DNA of 64,000 nucleotides from Kiritimatiellia bacterium (GTDB lineage: Bacteria; Verrucomicrobiota; Kiritimatiellia; RFP12; UBA1067): the NCBI GenBank assembly GCA_045595285.1, contig JAZOAC010000135.1, positions 23,822 through 87,821 of the forward strand, given 5' to 3'. The notes under the pieces were generated by a model. That model was given only the letters and a program-made list of their open reading frames with translations, ran no database searches and was not told the DNA's origin. Shown piece after piece: positions 63,611 through 64,000 of the stretch; the first letter of the stretch is position 1, and every line of letters begins with the position of its first letter. Position numbers and translations under genes: made by a program.

Positions 63611-64000
63611 TCACTTTTTATGACGAATAAGAATACGGAAATACGGATACTCACCTCCAATATTCAAATCTTTATTATCATCTCCAATACGAAACTTTAT
63701 TATCTCAAACTGTTCCGGACAGTACTTATCAAGAAATGAGATCGGAACTCCCATAGCTCCATTGTAATCAGATGGAATCGCATCCGTAAATGGCACTTCG
63801 ATAGCATCATAGTTGTCGTATTTCCGATATCCTTTACCCTTCACCTCCTTGTGACGCGAATACTTGATGTTATCCGCCATAGACATAAGTTGCAAGGGCA
63901 AATGCCGCCGACCATGCTCTACATTGGTAAACCATCTGACGCCCGGCACACGAATAAATCCTTCCCGATAGTCGTGTGAATTATAGTAACTGAGAGATTT
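63611..64000 (-). CDS. M.EcoRI-family N6-adenine DNA methyltransferase, 5' end outside the window
   Basis: The frame is open to nt 64000. The C-terminus YRKYDNYDAIEVPFTDAIPSDYNGAMGVPISFLDKYCPEQFEIIKFRIGDDNKDLNIGGEYPYFRILIRHKK closely parallels the M.EcoRI C-terminus as I remember it (…YPKYDNYDAINV…DYNGVMGVPITFL…PEQFELIKFR…PYFRILIKNK). Confidence 0.75.
   Translation of the reverse strand, partial: KSLSYYNSHDYREGFIRVPGVRWFTNVEHGRRHLPLQLMSMADNIKYSRHKEVKGKGYRKYDNYDAIEVPFTDAIPSDYNGAMGVPISFLDKYCPEQFEIIKFRIGDDNKDLNIGGEYPYFRILIRHKK

Noticed and set aside
1-64000. Search for tRNA, rRNA, CRISPR arrays, transposases, integrases and large tandem or inverted repeats.
   Set aside because: I saw nothing with cloverleaf-like structure in the few intergenic gaps. 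There were no regularly spaced direct repeats and no DDE, tyrosine- or serine-recombinase motifs. By-eye detection of structured RNAs is weak, so an Infernal/tRNAscan run is still advisable.

Overview
This 64-kb window comes from a Gram-negative, saccharolytic bacterium with GC of roughly 55-60% by eye over most of its length. The gene content fits a PVC-group organism (Lentisphaerota/Kiritimatiellota/Verrucomicrobiota-like): autotransporter-associated beta-strand-repeat (PATR-like) exoproteins, many Tat-exported glycan enzymes, and lpxA/lpxB/lptFG-like/tolB-like genes. That placement is inference only. Every gene except the first (partial) one is on the minus strand.
Layout:
(i) 1-6.2 kb: XylR-like regulator, mutS, GH78 rhamnosidase.
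(ii) 6.2-31.3 kb: one long co-directional glycan-utilisation locus. It holds a GH2 beta-galactosidase, an AraC regulator, a tannase/feruloyl esterase, a GH16, a GH109-like oxidoreductase and two Tat metallophosphoesterases. It also holds four paralogues of an unassigned TIM-barrel-like enzyme family, two large beta-helix exoproteins, and galactonate dehydratase / KDG kinase / KDPG aldolase / Na-solute symporter.
(iii) 31.4-50 kb: envelope and housekeeping genes. These are tolB-like, lpxA, lptF/G-like, two ABC ATPases, MacA/TolC-like efflux parts, nudix, lpxB, PSP1/ricT, birA, SGNH esterase, KAS III, a lipoprotein, a heptahaem cytochrome-membrane fusion, holB, tmk and lysS.
(iv) 50-57.8 kb: a GH28-CE7 fusion, a 1001-aa LamG lipoprotein, and a third (frameshifted) beta-helix exoprotein.
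(v) about 56.3-64 kb: an AT-richer (about 40% GC by eye) accessory/defence island. It carries pseudogene debris, a HipA-like kinase fused to a winged HTH, a YD-repeat/alpha-beta-hydrolase toxin-like gene, a DUF262-HNH nuclease and an M.EcoRI-family methyltransferase.
Most notable: the only two long homopolymers I could find in the window (A10 and A9 on the coding strand) lie between the RBS/start codon and the signal peptide of two related exoprotein genes. Each puts its gene exactly one nucleotide out of frame, which makes them candidate phase-variable glycan-foraging cassettes.
I recognised no rRNA, tRNA, CRISPR array, transposase or integrase. All family assignments come from motif recognition by eye with no searches run. 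Start codons are provisional, because the ORF track uses ATG/GTG/TTG and often over-extends N-termini.
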